From NCBI GenBank assembly GCA_002686365.1, contig NZBZ01000004.1, positions 27,079 to 91,078 of the forward strand: a stretch of 64,000 nucleotides of DNA. Direction: 5' to 3'. Origin of the DNA: a bacterium (GTDB lineage Bacteria > Patescibacteriota > Minisyncoccia > UBA6257 > GWB1-50-10). Of the stretch, positions 37,497-48,579 are shown piece after piece; position 1 is the first letter of the stretch, and the number at the start of each line of letters is the position of its first letter. The notes below the pieces were generated by a model. It was not told the DNA's origin. It saw nothing but the letters and a program-made list of their open reading frames with translations, and did no database searches. Made by a program: the position numbers and the translations under genes.

Positions 37497-37778
37497 TTAT
37501 TCTTTTTCCTTCTTTTCTATCTTCTTTTTAGCTCTTGTTACTTTTTTGGTTTTCTTTTTCTGTATTTTCTCTTTGTTTGCTTTTGCAGCGCGCGCTTTGA
37601 AGCGTTCAGCTCGGCCTGCTGTGTCAATTAGGGTCTGCTTGCCTGTATAGAAGGGGTGGCAGTTAGAGCAGATTTCCACCTCTAGTTTTTCTTTTGTTCC
37701 TCCAATAGTAAAAGAGTGCCCGCATGCGCAGGTTGTTTTTGCTTTAGGATAGTAGGCTGGATGTATATCTTTTTTCAT
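37497..37778 (-). CDS. rpmE: 50S ribosomal protein L31
   Basis: [10 protein letters not shown] start; CxxC...CxxH zinc ribbon. Confidence 0.9.
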   Translation of the reverse strand: MKKDIHPAYYPKAKTTCACGHSFTIGGTKEKLEVEICSNCHPFYTGKQTLIDTAGRAERFKARAAKANKEKIQKKKTKKVTRAKKKIEKKEKE

Positions 37779-37797
37779 AACGTACTAGATTGTAGGG

Positions 37798-37817
37798 GTT
37801 TTTAGCTTGTTTGGCAA
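37798..37817 (+). repeat. Left copy of 20-bp perfect direct repeat GTTTTTAGCTTGTTTGGCAA flanking islet F
   Basis: Identical to 38652-38671. Confidence 0.85.
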
Positions 37818-37920
37818 CCCCTGTTTTCGGGTTTTGTAAAAAAATCCGCCTCGGCAGTGAGATGCTTTGGCGGGTGTACGATGTTTGCGGGGCGTGATGG
37901 CTCGGCCACGTTCGCGCGGG

Positions 37921-38571
37921 TCAGGCGGTGAGTGCGACCCAGACGTTGGGATCTTGTCCCCATTTGCCCGTAGGAGGATGCGCGACGATGACTTCCACGA
38001 GAGGCTTCCACTTCGTGAGCATGTCGGTGTTGTCATTTGCCGCACAGGCTATGAGTATTCGTAGGATGTAGTCGATTCCTCCCTCCAGACACTTCTGGGG
38101 CGTTTCGGGGAGGCCGATGTTCCTGACAGTGGAGCACACTTCTTGGGAGAAGGCTTCGTATGCCTCGTCGAGGCCTTTCGGCATCTCCAGGCCTTCGGCC
38201 AGCTTGTCGAGTATGATCGTAGATACGTACCCGTCGTCTGGAACGCTATCTACGAAGAGTGTCTCGAGCTCGCCTTTGGTGATAGGGCCGTATGCAAGGA
38301 GATTCTCCCACAGCTCTTCGTCGGCCCATTCGGGTCGCGTGTCAGGTACTGGATTGCTTGCCGAGAGATGAATTACTCTCTCGACTCTTTCTGTCAGCGT
38401 TCTCAGAAGTGCCTGTTGGATCTTCTTTGTGTCGCAGTCGTCTCCTGATGTCAGGCTCCATCCAGCTTCGGTTGCCTGGAGAATGGGCCTGATTGTTTCC
38501 TCCAAGGCATCAACTGTTGTCTCGTCCGTGTGTTCGAGCAGAGCGACTTGCAGACGTTCCCAGCTTTCCAT
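37921..38571 (-). CDS. Hypothetical protein (GC-rich islet F)
   Basis: ATG with AGGGAGG SD 9 nt upstream; 216 aa acidic. Confidence 0.45.
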   Translation of the reverse strand: MESWERLQVALLEHTDETTVDALEETIRPILQATEAGWSLTSGDDCDTKKIQQALLRTLTERVERVIHLSASNPVPDTRPEWADEELWENLLAYGPITKGELETLFVDSVPDDGYVSTIILDKLAEGLEMPKGLDEAYEAFSQEVCSTVRNIGLPETPQKCLEGGIDYILRILIACAANDNTDMLTKWKPLVEVIVAHPPTGKWGQDPNVWVALTA

Positions 38572-38651
38572 TGGGGAGCCTCCCTTTTGGCGGCGCTGGC
38601 GTTTAGGGCGTCACTGTGTTTTTTGTACTTGTTTTTTACTTGTGTGTCAAT

Positions 38652-38671
38652 GTTTTTAGCTTGTTTGGCAA
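38652..38671 (+). repeat. Right copy of 20-bp perfect direct repeat GTTTTTAGCTTGTTTGGCAA
   Basis: Identical to 37798-37817; brackets an 834-bp GC-rich insert. Confidence 0.85.
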
Positions 38672-38688
38672 GGTTTTGTTGACAATCA

Positions 38689-38720
38689 GGACCCCTTCCT
38701 TATAATAAGGGCGAGCTTAG
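38689..38720 (+). promoter_or_regulatory. Consensus sigma70-type rRNA promoter TTGACA-17 nt-TATAAT
   Basis: TTGACAATCAGGACCCCTTCCTTATAATAAGG read directly, about 110 nt upstream of the 16S gene. Confidence 0.6.
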
Positions 38721-38823
38721 AGAAGCTGGTTTTTTTCTGCCCTGACAGATGTTTGACATATGTAGTAGTAGGTAATTAACAGAGGTGTTAATAATAGAGA
38801 ATTTTTTTAGTTGTCCCAATTTA

Positions 38824-40312
<1,489 letters not shown>

Positions 40313-40614
40313 CGACTATACAATTTGTATAGTACCTTCTGCGGAAGGTAACTCGCCTTTGCATAAAGCTTTGGCGAGAAAAACCCGCCTTTGCTCACTT
40401 TGTGAGCTATGGCGTGGTAAAGGATGTTGGCCGAGGAGTCCTATGTGTTTCGGCTTCTGTTTAAACTCTTATGTGTGCGAAAGCACACGAATTATGACCT
40501 GCCTGTTGGTAGGTAGGTTCGTGTGAATTTCGTACACACTATTTGAGTGTGGACAGATTCTTGGGACAACTAAAAAAATTCTTTACTTTATCTTTTAGAG
40601 ATTTTGTTTAACAC

Positions 40615-40645
40615 AAAAACAGCCAATAGGCTGTTTTTGTGTTTT
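40615..40645 (+). terminator. Rho-independent terminator AACAGCC-AATA-GGCTGTT then TTTTGTGTTTTT
   Basis: Read directly at the end of the rRNA trailer. Confidence 0.6.
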
Positions 40646-40701
40646 TCTTGGCATTGTCTTTGTGTGGAGCTTCAATAGTAAAAGGTGATATACTACTGGT
40701 A

Positions 40702-41163
40702 ATGGAAGAGCAACAACAGCCTATTCAGTCTGCGCAGCCCGCCTCTGGCGCGGCAAAGTCCGCCTCTGCCCAAAGCTCTGGTCAGGCAAAGAGGGTGCTT
40801 ATTGTTGAAGATGAGCCACTTTTGGGGAATCTTTTGAAACAGCGTCTTGGGAAAGAGGGCATCAGTGTTACTCTTGTTCGTGATGGAGAGGAGGCACTTC
40901 GTTCTTTACAGAACGAAGTGCCTGATTTGGTTCTTTTGGATATTATTCTGCCTAAGGTTTCCGGCTTTGAGCTTATGGAGAAGATTAATAGTGATCCTGC
41001 ACTTGCAGGGAAAAAGGTTTCTATTGTGGTGATTTCTAATTTGGGACAGGAGGGAGATGTTCAGAAGGGACAGCAGCTTGGAGCTATAGGGTATTTTGTA
41101 AAGGCACAGCTTTCAATCGAGGGCTTGGTTTCGCAGGTTAGGGAGTTTTTTAGTAAGAATTAG
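40702..41163 (+). CDS. Stand-alone response regulator receiver protein (CheY-like) with Gln/Ser-rich N-terminus
   Basis: VLIVEDEPLL...LVLLDIILPKVSGFEL...IVVISN receiver-domain motifs (phospho-acceptor Asp in LLDI); ORF track begins at 40639. Confidence 0.75.
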   Translation: MEEQQQPIQSAQPASGAAKSASAQSSGQAKRVLIVEDEPLLGNLLKQRLGKEGISVTLVRDGEEALRSLQNEVPDLVLLDIILPKVSGFELMEKINSDPALAGKKVSIVVISNLGQEGDVQKGQQLGAIGYFVKAQLSIEGLVSQVREFFSKN

Positions 41164-41284
41164 GCATAGGAGTGGGATTTCTCTCCATATTGTTATCCCC
41201 AGTAACTTTGCATAAAATTTGTTATAATACTAGTATTAATGAAACTTTACTCAAGGTCGAACCCGTTATTTTAGAAGTGTTTTT

Positions 41285-41863
41285 ATGAAAAAAGGATTTA
41301 CACTTATTGAGCTTCTTGTTGTAATCGCGATTCTTGCTGTACTTGCGACAGCAGTTGTTTTGGTTTTGAACCCTGCAGAGCTTATTAGGCAGAGCCGTGA
41401 TGCAACGAGAATATCTGATTTAGAGGCGATAAATACTGCTTTGGGATTCTATTTGGCTGATGTTGATCCTTCTAATATTAGTCTTGCTGAAGCATCAAGT
41501 GATGTTTGTCCAGCAACTGCGCGATGCACTTTTGCAAGCAGTACTTCTCCACTTGGAGGTAGGACGTGTGTTGTGCCTAGCGCAGCAGACTTATCTACGG
41601 TAGGTGGCGCTGGATGGATTGACGTGAATCTTGGAGCAATTACAGGAGGTTCCCCGCTTTCGTCACTTCCAATTGATCCTCGTAATACTGCTCCGCATCT
41701 TTTCTACTCATATGCGTGCGATAGCGCGAGTACATGGTATGAGATTAATGCGGATATGGAGAGCATAAAGTATAGTTCAGGCTCTTCAAATGTAGAGGCT
41801 AATGATGGAGGAGATAATGATAATGTGTATGAGGTTGGAAATGATCCGGGACTTGATCTGTAG
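41285..41863 (+). CDS. Type IV pilin (short leader MKKG then FTLIELLVVIAILAVLA), candidate major pilin
   Basis: Canonical class III signal and N-terminal hydrophobic helix; 192 aa. Confidence 0.8.
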   Translation: MKKGFTLIELLVVIAILAVLATAVVLVLNPAELIRQSRDATRISDLEAINTALGFYLADVDPSNISLAEASSDVCPATARCTFASSTSPLGGRTCVVPSAADLSTVGGAGWIDVNLGAITGGSPLSSLPIDPRNTAPHLFYSYACDSASTWYEINADMESIKYSSGSSNVEANDGGDNDNVYEVGNDPGLDL

Positions 41864-41898
41864 ATAGTTCTTGATTTGTTTTTGGGAAGCGTCGGCAT

Positions 41899-42519
41899 TT
41901 GGTCGGCGTTTTCTTTTCTAGTAAAATAGAGCTTATGACTTTATCCTTTCTAACGGGGTTTACCATTTTGTTTTTGACCGTAGGTCTGTTTTTTCAGATA
42001 TTTTTGAGAGGCAGGATTCGGTTTTTTCAGTATCTATTTTTTATAGCTCTTTTGGGAATTTTGGGGGTTTATCTGTATCTTGTGTATGGACAGTATGTGC
42101 TCTGGCGTGATTCAGGTCCTCCGTCCAGCTTTTTTGTTCCTCCGCATAGAAGCGCTTTGTATGTTTTTGGGTATCATTTTACTCGTTTTGGTCTGCAGTA
42201 TCTTATTTCTTTAGGGGTTTCGATTTTGTTTTTCTTTCTTTCTTTGCGTCTGAATCAAAGATTTGGAGAGAGATTTTTTGAAAGAGAAGAGTTGTGGCTT
42301 GGGGCATTTTCTATTTTTCTTTTAGGGAATCCAGTATGGAATTACGCATGGATTTATTACCTTTTACTTCTAGGTCTTTTGTCAGTCTTGGGGTCTCTTT
42401 TTGCGCAGTATGTTTTTCGTATTCGTGAGAGATTTCCTTTGTACTGGTTATGGATTCCGTGTGCTCTTGGAGTTATACTTATACAAAAGCTTATAGCTTA
42501 TGGCTTCATTAGCTTTTAG
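41899..42519 (+). CDS. Polytopic membrane protein, unknown function
   Basis: 5-6 TM helices; its C-terminus KLIAYGFISF is encoded by the AGCTTATAGCTTATGGCTTCATTAGCTTTTAG repeat. Confidence 0.4.
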   Translation: MVGVFFSSKIELMTLSFLTGFTILFLTVGLFFQIFLRGRIRFFQYLFFIALLGILGVYLYLVYGQYVLWRDSGPPSSFFVPPHRSALYVFGYHFTRFGLQYLISLGVSILFFFLSLRLNQRFGERFFEREELWLGAFSIFLLGNPVWNYAWIYYLLLLGLLSVLGSLFAQYVFRIRERFPLYWLWIPCALGVILIQKLIAYGFISF

Positions 42520-42588
42520 CTTTTTGTTATCTTGTCGAATTTTTTCCGTAAAGCTAACAAGCTATAAGCTAACACACTAGAAGCTAAT
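42489..42588. repeat. AGCTTATAGCTTATGGCTTCATTAGCTTTTAGC ... AAGCTAACAAGCTATAAGCTAACACACTAGAAGCTAAT repeat block
   Basis: Family member; overlaps the stop of 41899..42519 and precedes pilB. Confidence 0.7.
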
Positions 42589-42590
42589 TT

Positions 42591-44315
42591 ATGATTCCAT
42601 TACCTCCAGATAAAATTAAGAATCTTCTTGTTCAGGAGGGGCTTGTTGATGTTGAAAAGTTTGATGCTGCACTTGGGGAGGCGCAGCGTAAGCGTCAGGA
42701 AGTTGTTGAGGTTCTTATCTCACAGGGACTCTTGAACAAGGATTATTTTTATACTCTTCTTGCAAAGCATTTGGGAGTAGATCGGATACGGATTCGTACT
42801 TCTGATATTGATGAGAAGGTTCTTCGGATGCTTCCGGAGGATGTAGCTCGTGAGAGGCGGGCTATTGTTTTTGCCAGAGAGACAGATGGTACGTTTGATG
42901 TGGCAATGGAGAATCCTACAGATCTTGAGACTACTGATTTTTTGTCTTTGAAGCTTGATGGATCGGTGAAGGCATACTTGGCAACAGATGAGGATTTGAA
43001 TAGGGGATTTTCTTTGTATGAGGAGAAGTTAACTCAGGACTTTAAGAAAATTATTGAGGATAGTATTCGGGAGTCTTTGAGGTCAAAGGTTCAGGGTGAG
43101 GAGGATCTTGAACAGGCTGCTGAAGATCTTCCTATTGTTGCGATTGTTGATAATTTGCTTGCTTATTCGGTATCTTCTAGGGCTTCTGATATCCATGTGG
43201 AGATTTTAGATGATGCGGTTCTTGTTCGATTTCGTATTGATGGCGTTCTCCATGAGATTATTCGTATGCCTAAAGAGATTCATCCTGCAGTTATTGCCAG
43301 GATTAAGATTCTTTCCGGACTTCGGGTTGATGAACATTCGAAGCCGCAGGATGGGCGTTTTCGGCATAAGATAGGAGATGAGAATATTGATATTCGTGTT
43401 TCCGCGCTCCCAACGTTTTATGGAGAGAAGATTGTCATGCGTCTTTTGAAGGGCGCGGACCGGCCTCTTTCTTTAGCTGAACTTGGAATTGTTGATGATC
43501 GTATGCGTGATGTAATTGTAGATGCGATTTCGAAGAGCTATGGAATGTTTTTGGTGTGTGGTCCTACTGGGTCTGGAAAGACGACGACGCTTTATTCAAT
43601 TCTTAATATGTTGAATCGTCCTGAGGTGAATATTGTCACAGTTGAGGATCCAATTGAGTATGATATGCGGTTTGTGAATCAGGTTCAGGTGAATGCTGCT
43701 GCTGGTATTACGTTTGCCGGCGGTCTTCGGTCAATCTTGAGGCAGGATCCTAATATTATTATGGTTGGTGAGGTTCGGGATGCTGACACTGCAAGCATTG
43801 CTGTGCAGTCCGCGCTTACCGGGCATCTTGTTCTTTCTAGTTTGCATACGAATGATGCTCCTACTGCAATTCCACGGCTTTTTGATATGAAACTTCCTCC
43901 ATTTTTGATTGCTGCGGTTTTGAACGCGGTATTTGCTCAGCGTCTTACTCGGAGGATCCATCTTCAGTGCATAGAGTCGTATACGCCGGATTCTGCGACG
44001 CTTGATAGTATCTCTGATCAGTTAAAGGCATTGAATGTGGATCCCGGAGCAATAAAGATGCCTACTACGTTTTATCGCGGGAAGGGGTGTGATGCGTGCA
44101 GCGGCACTGGGTATTTGGGGCGAGTTGGTATTTTTGAGGTCTTGCATATTACGGGGGCGCTTCGAAAGCTTATTGTTAGTCCTCAATTTTCTCTTGACGC
44201 GCTTCGGCAGGCTGCTCGTAAGGAGGGAATGGTGACGATGTTTGAAGATGGTTTGCAGAAGGTTGAGCGTGGTGTTACTACAATTGATGAGGTGTTTAGA
44301 GTAATTCGTGAATAA
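42591..44315 (+). CDS. pilB: Type IV pilus assembly ATPase PilB (GspE family, full length)
   Basis: N-terminal GspE_N-like domain, Walker A GPTGSGKTTTLYS, Walker B/Asp box, tetracysteine CDACSGTGYLGR; 574 aa. Confidence 0.9.
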   Translation: MIPLPPDKIKNLLVQEGLVDVEKFDAALGEAQRKRQEVVEVLISQGLLNKDYFYTLLAKHLGVDRIRIRTSDIDEKVLRMLPEDVARERRAIVFARETDGTFDVAMENPTDLETTDFLSLKLDGSVKAYLATDEDLNRGFSLYEEKLTQDFKKIIEDSIRESLRSKVQGEEDLEQAAEDLPIVAIVDNLLAYSVSSRASDIHVEILDDAVLVRFRIDGVLHEIIRMPKEIHPAVIARIKILSGLRVDEHSKPQDGRFRHKIGDENIDIRVSALPTFYGEKIVMRLLKGADRPLSLAELGIVDDRMRDVIVDAISKSYGMFLVCGPTGSGKTTTLYSILNMLNRPEVNIVTVEDPIEYDMRFVNQVQVNAAAGITFAGGLRSILRQDPNIIMVGEVRDADTASIAVQSALTGHLVLSSLHTNDAPTAIPRLFDMKLPPFLIAAVLNAVFAQRLTRRIHLQCIESYTPDSATLDSISDQLKALNVDPGAIKMPTTFYRGKGCDACSGTGYLGRVGIFEVLHITGALRKLIVSPQFSLDALRQAARKEGMVTMFEDGLQKVERGVTTIDEVFRVIRE

Positions 44316-45530
44316 ATGCGGTATAAATACACAGCGACACAATCTGATGGGAAGATTGCAGATGGTGAGATGGATGCTGTAGATGTTCCTCAGGTATTGC
44401 AGTTTATCGCCTCCAGAGGGTTGAAGCCTATCAGTGTTCAGAAGACTGGAGGTTTTTGGCAGAAGCTGAAGCATGTTCAGGTTTTTGGCGGCAGTATTAC
44501 GCCCATAGATCAGATTTTTATATCAAAGTATTTGGGGCTTATGCTTAAGATTGGCACGAGTCTTTTGCAGGCAATTAATATTCTTCTTGAAGACTTTAAG
44601 AAGCCTGCTGTGAGAGAGTTTCTTGTTCGGGTGCGTACTAGTCTTGAGCAGGGTCAGCCCTTCCACCTCGTTTTTCAGAATTATCCTAAGGTGTTTAGTT
44701 CTGTGTATGTGAATCTTGTAAAAGCCGGAGAGTCATCTGGAAATCTTGATAGTACATTTGAGAATTTGAGCGAATCTCTTGCTAAAGAGAAGGATTTGAA
44801 AGATCAGGTGAGAGGAGCTCTTGTCTATCCTATTATTCTGCTTGGCGCTTCATTTCTTATTCTTGTGTTTTTGATAACATTTGCTCTTCCTCGAATTTCT
44901 CAGGTTTTTACTGATGGAGGATTTGATCCTCCCCTTTTTTCTCGTGTTGTATTTAGCATAGGTCTTTTGTTTGGCAAGATTGGCTGGATTGTTGTAGTTG
45001 GTTTTATTTTGGCCATTATTCTCGCGTTTTATTTCTACCGCGCCTCTATTTTGTTTAAGCGGTTTGTTATTAGAACTCTTTCCGGGCTTCCTATGATTCG
45101 GGATGTTGTGCGAAAGATTGCGCTCCAGCGATTTTCTGCTACGCTTTCGTCTCTTATTCGTGCTGGCATGCCTTTTACTGAATCGCTTGAAATTACGGCC
45201 GATGCTGTCGGAAATACAGAGCTTAAAGACGCTCTTCTTCGAATTTCTCGAGAGGGAATTTCTAAGGGTCTTACTGTTGGAGAGGCGTTCAAACGAGAAA
45301 CTTTTTTCCCGCAGACTGTGATAAATCTTATTTCTGTTTCAGAGAGAGCCGGTCATATTGAAGAGGTGCTTGACGCTCTTTCGGATTTTTACGCAAAGGA
45401 AGTTTCTAGTTCTTTGAAGACGGTAGTGTCATTTCTTGAGCCTGTTCTTCTTATGTTTGTTGGCGGTATTGTGGGAGTTATTGCTTTATCTGTGATTATT
45501 CCGGTGTATCAGCTTACGTCGCAGTTTTAA
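44316..45530 (+). CDS. pilC: Type IV pilus platform protein PilC (GspF family)
   Basis: Two GspF repeats, three TM segments; start overlaps the pilB stop (TAAATG); 404 aa. Confidence 0.9.
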   Translation: MRYKYTATQSDGKIADGEMDAVDVPQVLQFIASRGLKPISVQKTGGFWQKLKHVQVFGGSITPIDQIFISKYLGLMLKIGTSLLQAINILLEDFKKPAVREFLVRVRTSLEQGQPFHLVFQNYPKVFSSVYVNLVKAGESSGNLDSTFENLSESLAKEKDLKDQVRGALVYPIILLGASFLILVFLITFALPRISQVFTDGGFDPPLFSRVVFSIGLLFGKIGWIVVVGFILAIILAFYFYRASILFKRFVIRTLSGLPMIRDVVRKIALQRFSATLSSLIRAGMPFTESLEITADAVGNTELKDALLRISREGISKGLTVGEAFKRETFFPQTVINLISVSERAGHIEEVLDALSDFYAKEVSSSLKTVVSFLEPVLLMFVGGIVGVIALSVIIPVYQLTSQF

Positions 45531-45531
45531 T

Positions 45532-45566
45532 CTAGCTTATAGCTTTTAGCTTCATTAGCTTTTAGG
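45532..45566. repeat. TCTAGCTTATAGCTTTTAGCTTCATTAGCTTTTAG repeat followed by the TTTTATAAT-ATG module
   Basis: Family member. Confidence 0.75.
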
Positions 45567-45581
45567 TTTTATAATAGATGT

Positions 45582-46724
45582 ATGTTTTTATCTTTCTTGA
45601 AAGTTATAAAGACTTGCTTGCCGGTAGGCGGGGCAGGTAGGTATAAGTTACGAACTTGTAAGGGCTTTACTCTTGTTGAGGTGATGATTGCTCTTGCTGT
45701 GCTTGTAGCCCTTTCAACTTTTGGGTTTACAAGCTTGTTTGGTATTCGTGAGTCCAGGAGTGTTCGAAGCGCTGCCCAGGGAATTAATTCTGTACTGCAG
45801 GATGCCAGAGAGCGTTCTCTTACTCAGGCAGACGGCATGAGCTGGGGAGTGCGTTTTCTTCATCCTTCAGAGGATGTTTATGAGTATCAGGAGTTTTTTG
45901 ATGCTCCGTTTGGAGTACACAAGGCGCATTTTTTGTCGAACGGCGTGCAGTTTTCTGATTTGCCTTTAGGAGATACATTTGATGTTGCGTTTCAGTCGGT
46001 GAACGGAATGTCGTCGTTGGATAAAATTATCTCAGTTGCCAGCTCTGGAAAGGGAGGAGTTGTAGGAGATGTAATTCTTCGTTCTGTTGGTTTTATTTCT
46101 CCTCGTCTTGAGAAGGGAGTTGCGGGGTATTGGCATTTTGATCAAGAGAATGGTTCAGTGGCCTATGATGCGAGTGGTCTTGAAGGAAATGGAAGTATTT
46201 CCGGCGCAGTGTGGGATGGGCCATGTAGGGCTGGGGGATGCCTTCGATTTGATGGGGCAGATGATTATGTTTCTGGATCTTTTCCTCACACATTTTCTTC
46301 TTTTTCTATTTTGGGATGGGTTCGATTGGATGGAGATGGTGGTAATAAGGGGGCTCTTTGGTCTGGGTATGATGGTTCTTTGGGGCGGATATACGCACGA
46401 GTTTTGGGCTCATCCCGGAAGCCAAGCTTTTATACGAATCCTGGCGGCGGTGAGGGGACGACTGCTGCTATGACAGCTCTTTCAGATGGATGGCATCATC
46501 TTGCGTATGTATATGATGGTATCTCAAAGAAGATTTATATAGATGGCGTTGAGGATGTTTCAGAGGATAGCCCTGATCTTTTATTTCCTCTTGATTCTTT
46601 TGAGATTGGGAGGAGTGAGCAGGATGGGGCTAATGTTCTTCGGGGATGGATTGATGAGCCTCGTGTGTACGACAGAGCGCTTTCCTCAGAAGAGATTTGG
46701 GATCGGTATAATGATTTACGTTAA
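45582..46724 (+). CDS. Prepilin-type protein (pseudopilin) with C-terminal LamG/concanavalin-like lectin domain
   Basis: Leader MFLSFLKVIKTCLPVGGAGRYKLRTCKG then FTLVEVMIALAVL; LamG-like motifs LRFDGADDYV...GWHHLAYVYDG...KIYIDGV...RVYDRALS. Confidence 0.7.
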   Translation: MFLSFLKVIKTCLPVGGAGRYKLRTCKGFTLVEVMIALAVLVALSTFGFTSLFGIRESRSVRSAAQGINSVLQDARERSLTQADGMSWGVRFLHPSEDVYEYQEFFDAPFGVHKAHFLSNGVQFSDLPLGDTFDVAFQSVNGMSSLDKIISVASSGKGGVVGDVILRSVGFISPRLEKGVAGYWHFDQENGSVAYDASGLEGNGSISGAVWDGPCRAGGCLRFDGADDYVSGSFPHTFSSFSILGWVRLDGDGGNKGALWSGYDGSLGRIYARVLGSSRKPSFYTNPGGGEGTTAAMTALSDGWHHLAYVYDGISKKIYIDGVEDVSEDSPDLLFPLDSFEIGRSEQDGANVLRGWIDEPRVYDRALSSEEIWDRYNDLR

Positions 46725-46726
46725 TT

Positions 46727-46762
46727 TATAGCTTATGGCTTTTAGCTTCATTAGCTTTTAGG
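46727..46762. repeat. TAGCTTATGGCTTTTAGCTTCATTAGCTTTTAGG repeat plus TTTTATAAT module
   Basis: Family member. Confidence 0.75.
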
Positions 46763-46779
46763 TTTTATAATAAATGTGT

Positions 46780-48042
46780 ATGTTTTCGTTTTTTCTAAAA
46801 GCTATTACCTATAAGCTAAAAGCTAGGTCCGGTCAGTCTCTTATTGAGATTATTGTTGGGCTTGCGATTGGCGCGGTTCTTATTGGCGCTGCTGTGGTAG
46901 GTATTACATTTGTGCTTCGTTCTGGATCTTTGAATCAGCAGTCTCGAACTGCCTCAGGAGTTAGCCGGGCTCTTCTTCAAGAGGTACGGTCTGTATCGGA
47001 TTCAAGCTGGCTGGATGTTTATAATCTTGATAGAGGAATTTCTCATTATATTGTTGCAAGCGGTACTTCTCTTTCTGCGTTTGAAGGGAAGGAGGGTGTT
47101 GTAGTTAACGCGCCTCAGGACGAGCTTCAAGCTCATTGGAATTTTGATGAGTCAGTTGAGAATATTGTTCACAATTCCGTTGCTTCAGGTGTTCGCGGAG
47201 ATATTATCGGTACAATGCCTGTTTTTTCGTGCCGTGTGGGGACGTGTCGTTCGTTTGAGGGCTCTCAATATATGTTTTTTGGAGATGATTCGTCTTTAGA
47301 TCTTCAGGCTGATTTTTCAGTGGCATTGTGGATGTATCCGGATGCTGTTCCTGTTTCTAATGTCGGGCTTGTGAGTAAGGAGGGGTCTCCGTATGGCTAT
47401 GGCATTACATATGACTATGATGTGGATGGGCAGGTTCGATTTTTTGTTCGGGATGAGGGAAGCAGTGTGCAGGCGCCAATGCCGCCTCAGGGCTGGCATC
47501 ATGTTGTTGGAGTATTTGGCAGCTCCCCAAGTTCGTTTCTTAATCTTTACGTAGATGGTCTTCTTGCGGCGACAAGCACATTAGGATTTTCTGCGTCGGG
47601 CGCTTCTGGAGATTTTTTTGTTGGTCGGCATAGTTCCGGTTTTTTTGATGGAATGATTGATGATGTTCGCGTGTATTCTAGGGCGTTTGACGCGAATGAT
47701 GTTTGGTCTCTTTATAATGGAAGAGTTTTTGTTCGTTCTTTTTATGTGGAGGACGTGTTTCGGGATTCTGTTGGAGAAATTGTGTCTTCAGGAGGAAGTC
47801 TTGATCCATCTACTTTGAAAGTTACGATTGTTGTTGAGTGGAATCCTGTTGGATCTGCGGCAGCGCGTCATGAGGTGGAGGATTATTTTACTCGATGGAG
47901 GAATGATGTATTTCATCAGAGTGATTGGTCAGAGGGGCCGGAGTCTTTAGTTCCTATTCCAGAGCCGGGAGGCGGATTTTCTAATTCATCGAATATTCGA
48001 TTTTCTCCCGGGTCTATTCAGATTGATGAGTTAAATGAGTGA
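46780..48042 (+). CDS. Prepilin-type protein (pseudopilin) with LamG-like lectin domain, second paralogue
   Basis: Leader MFSFFLKAITYKLKARSG then QSLIEIIVGLAIGAVL; LamG-like motifs SFEGSQYMFFGDD...GWHHVVGVF...LYVDGL...VRVYSRAF; ATG 46780 preferred (7 nt after TATAAT) over ORF-track 46774. Confidence 0.7.
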   Translation: MFSFFLKAITYKLKARSGQSLIEIIVGLAIGAVLIGAAVVGITFVLRSGSLNQQSRTASGVSRALLQEVRSVSDSSWLDVYNLDRGISHYIVASGTSLSAFEGKEGVVVNAPQDELQAHWNFDESVENIVHNSVASGVRGDIIGTMPVFSCRVGTCRSFEGSQYMFFGDDSSLDLQADFSVALWMYPDAVPVSNVGLVSKEGSPYGYGITYDYDVDGQVRFFVRDEGSSVQAPMPPQGWHHVVGVFGSSPSSFLNLYVDGLLAATSTLGFSASGASGDFFVGRHSSGFFDGMIDDVRVYSRAFDANDVWSLYNGRVFVRSFYVEDVFRDSVGEIVSSGGSLDPSTLKVTIVVEWNPVGSAAARHEVEDYFTRWRNDVFHQSDWSEGPESLVPIPEPGGGFSNSSNIRFSPGSIQIDELNE

Positions 48043-48061
48043 TTTATAGTACAATACACTT

Positions 48062-48493
48062 ATGGTAAAGGTTCAGCATTTTACAGAGAATTTTGAGCAG
48101 AATGTTCAGCATGCTGGGGAGCGTGTTCAGGAGTATAAAGAGAGTCCTGATTTTCGAGAGGCGCCAAAACGGGAAGTTGTGAAGAAGTCTCTTCGGCAAG
48201 AGAAGGCGCCTTTGCCTCCACCGCCCAGTGCTTCTCAGGATGAGGACGATGATGTAAAGAAGGAGAAGGATTCTCCGGAGAATATGAATTCATTTCTTCC
48301 TGATTATTTCAATGGTGGAGATGCAGAGGGTATGGGTGAGGCAGTAGGACGACTTGCTGAGACAGCTCTTCATGGGAACCTTGAGAAGTCTCTTAAGGAT
48401 GCGCGAAAGCTTACTCCTTTTCTTGAAGATGCGTTTCATGATTCGTTGGTTGATAAGTTATTGCCGGAGATGAAGAGGCGGGGAATTATTTGA
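48062..48493 (+). CDS. Acidic hypothetical protein
   Basis: 143 aa, Glu/Asp/Lys-rich. Confidence 0.4.
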   Translation: MVKVQHFTENFEQNVQHAGERVQEYKESPDFREAPKREVVKKSLRQEKAPLPPPPSASQDEDDDVKKEKDSPENMNSFLPDYFNGGDAEGMGEAVGRLAETALHGNLEKSLKDARKLTPFLEDAFHDSLVDKLLPEMKRRGII

Positions 48494-48495
48494 CG

Positions 48496-48531
48496 AGCTT
48501 TTAGCTTCTAGCTTCATTAGCTTTTAGGGGA
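48496..48531. repeat. GAGCTTTTAGCTTCTAGCTTCATTAGCTTTTAG repeat
   Basis: Family member. Confidence 0.75.
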
Positions 48532-48541
48532 GAATCTCTTT

Positions 48542-48574
48542 TAGCTATAAGCTATAAGCTATAAGCTATAAGCT
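48542..48574. repeat. (AGCTATA)x5 heptanucleotide tandem repeat ending 5 nt before the ATG of the ATPase gene
   Basis: Read directly. Confidence 0.85.
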
Positions 48575-48579
48575 ATTTT

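Noticed and set aside
41899-42519. Prepilin peptidase PilD candidate between the pilin and pilB
   Set aside because: It is polytopic, but it lacks the two conserved aspartate motifs of the A24 peptidase family and the N-terminal Cys-rich methyltransferase region.
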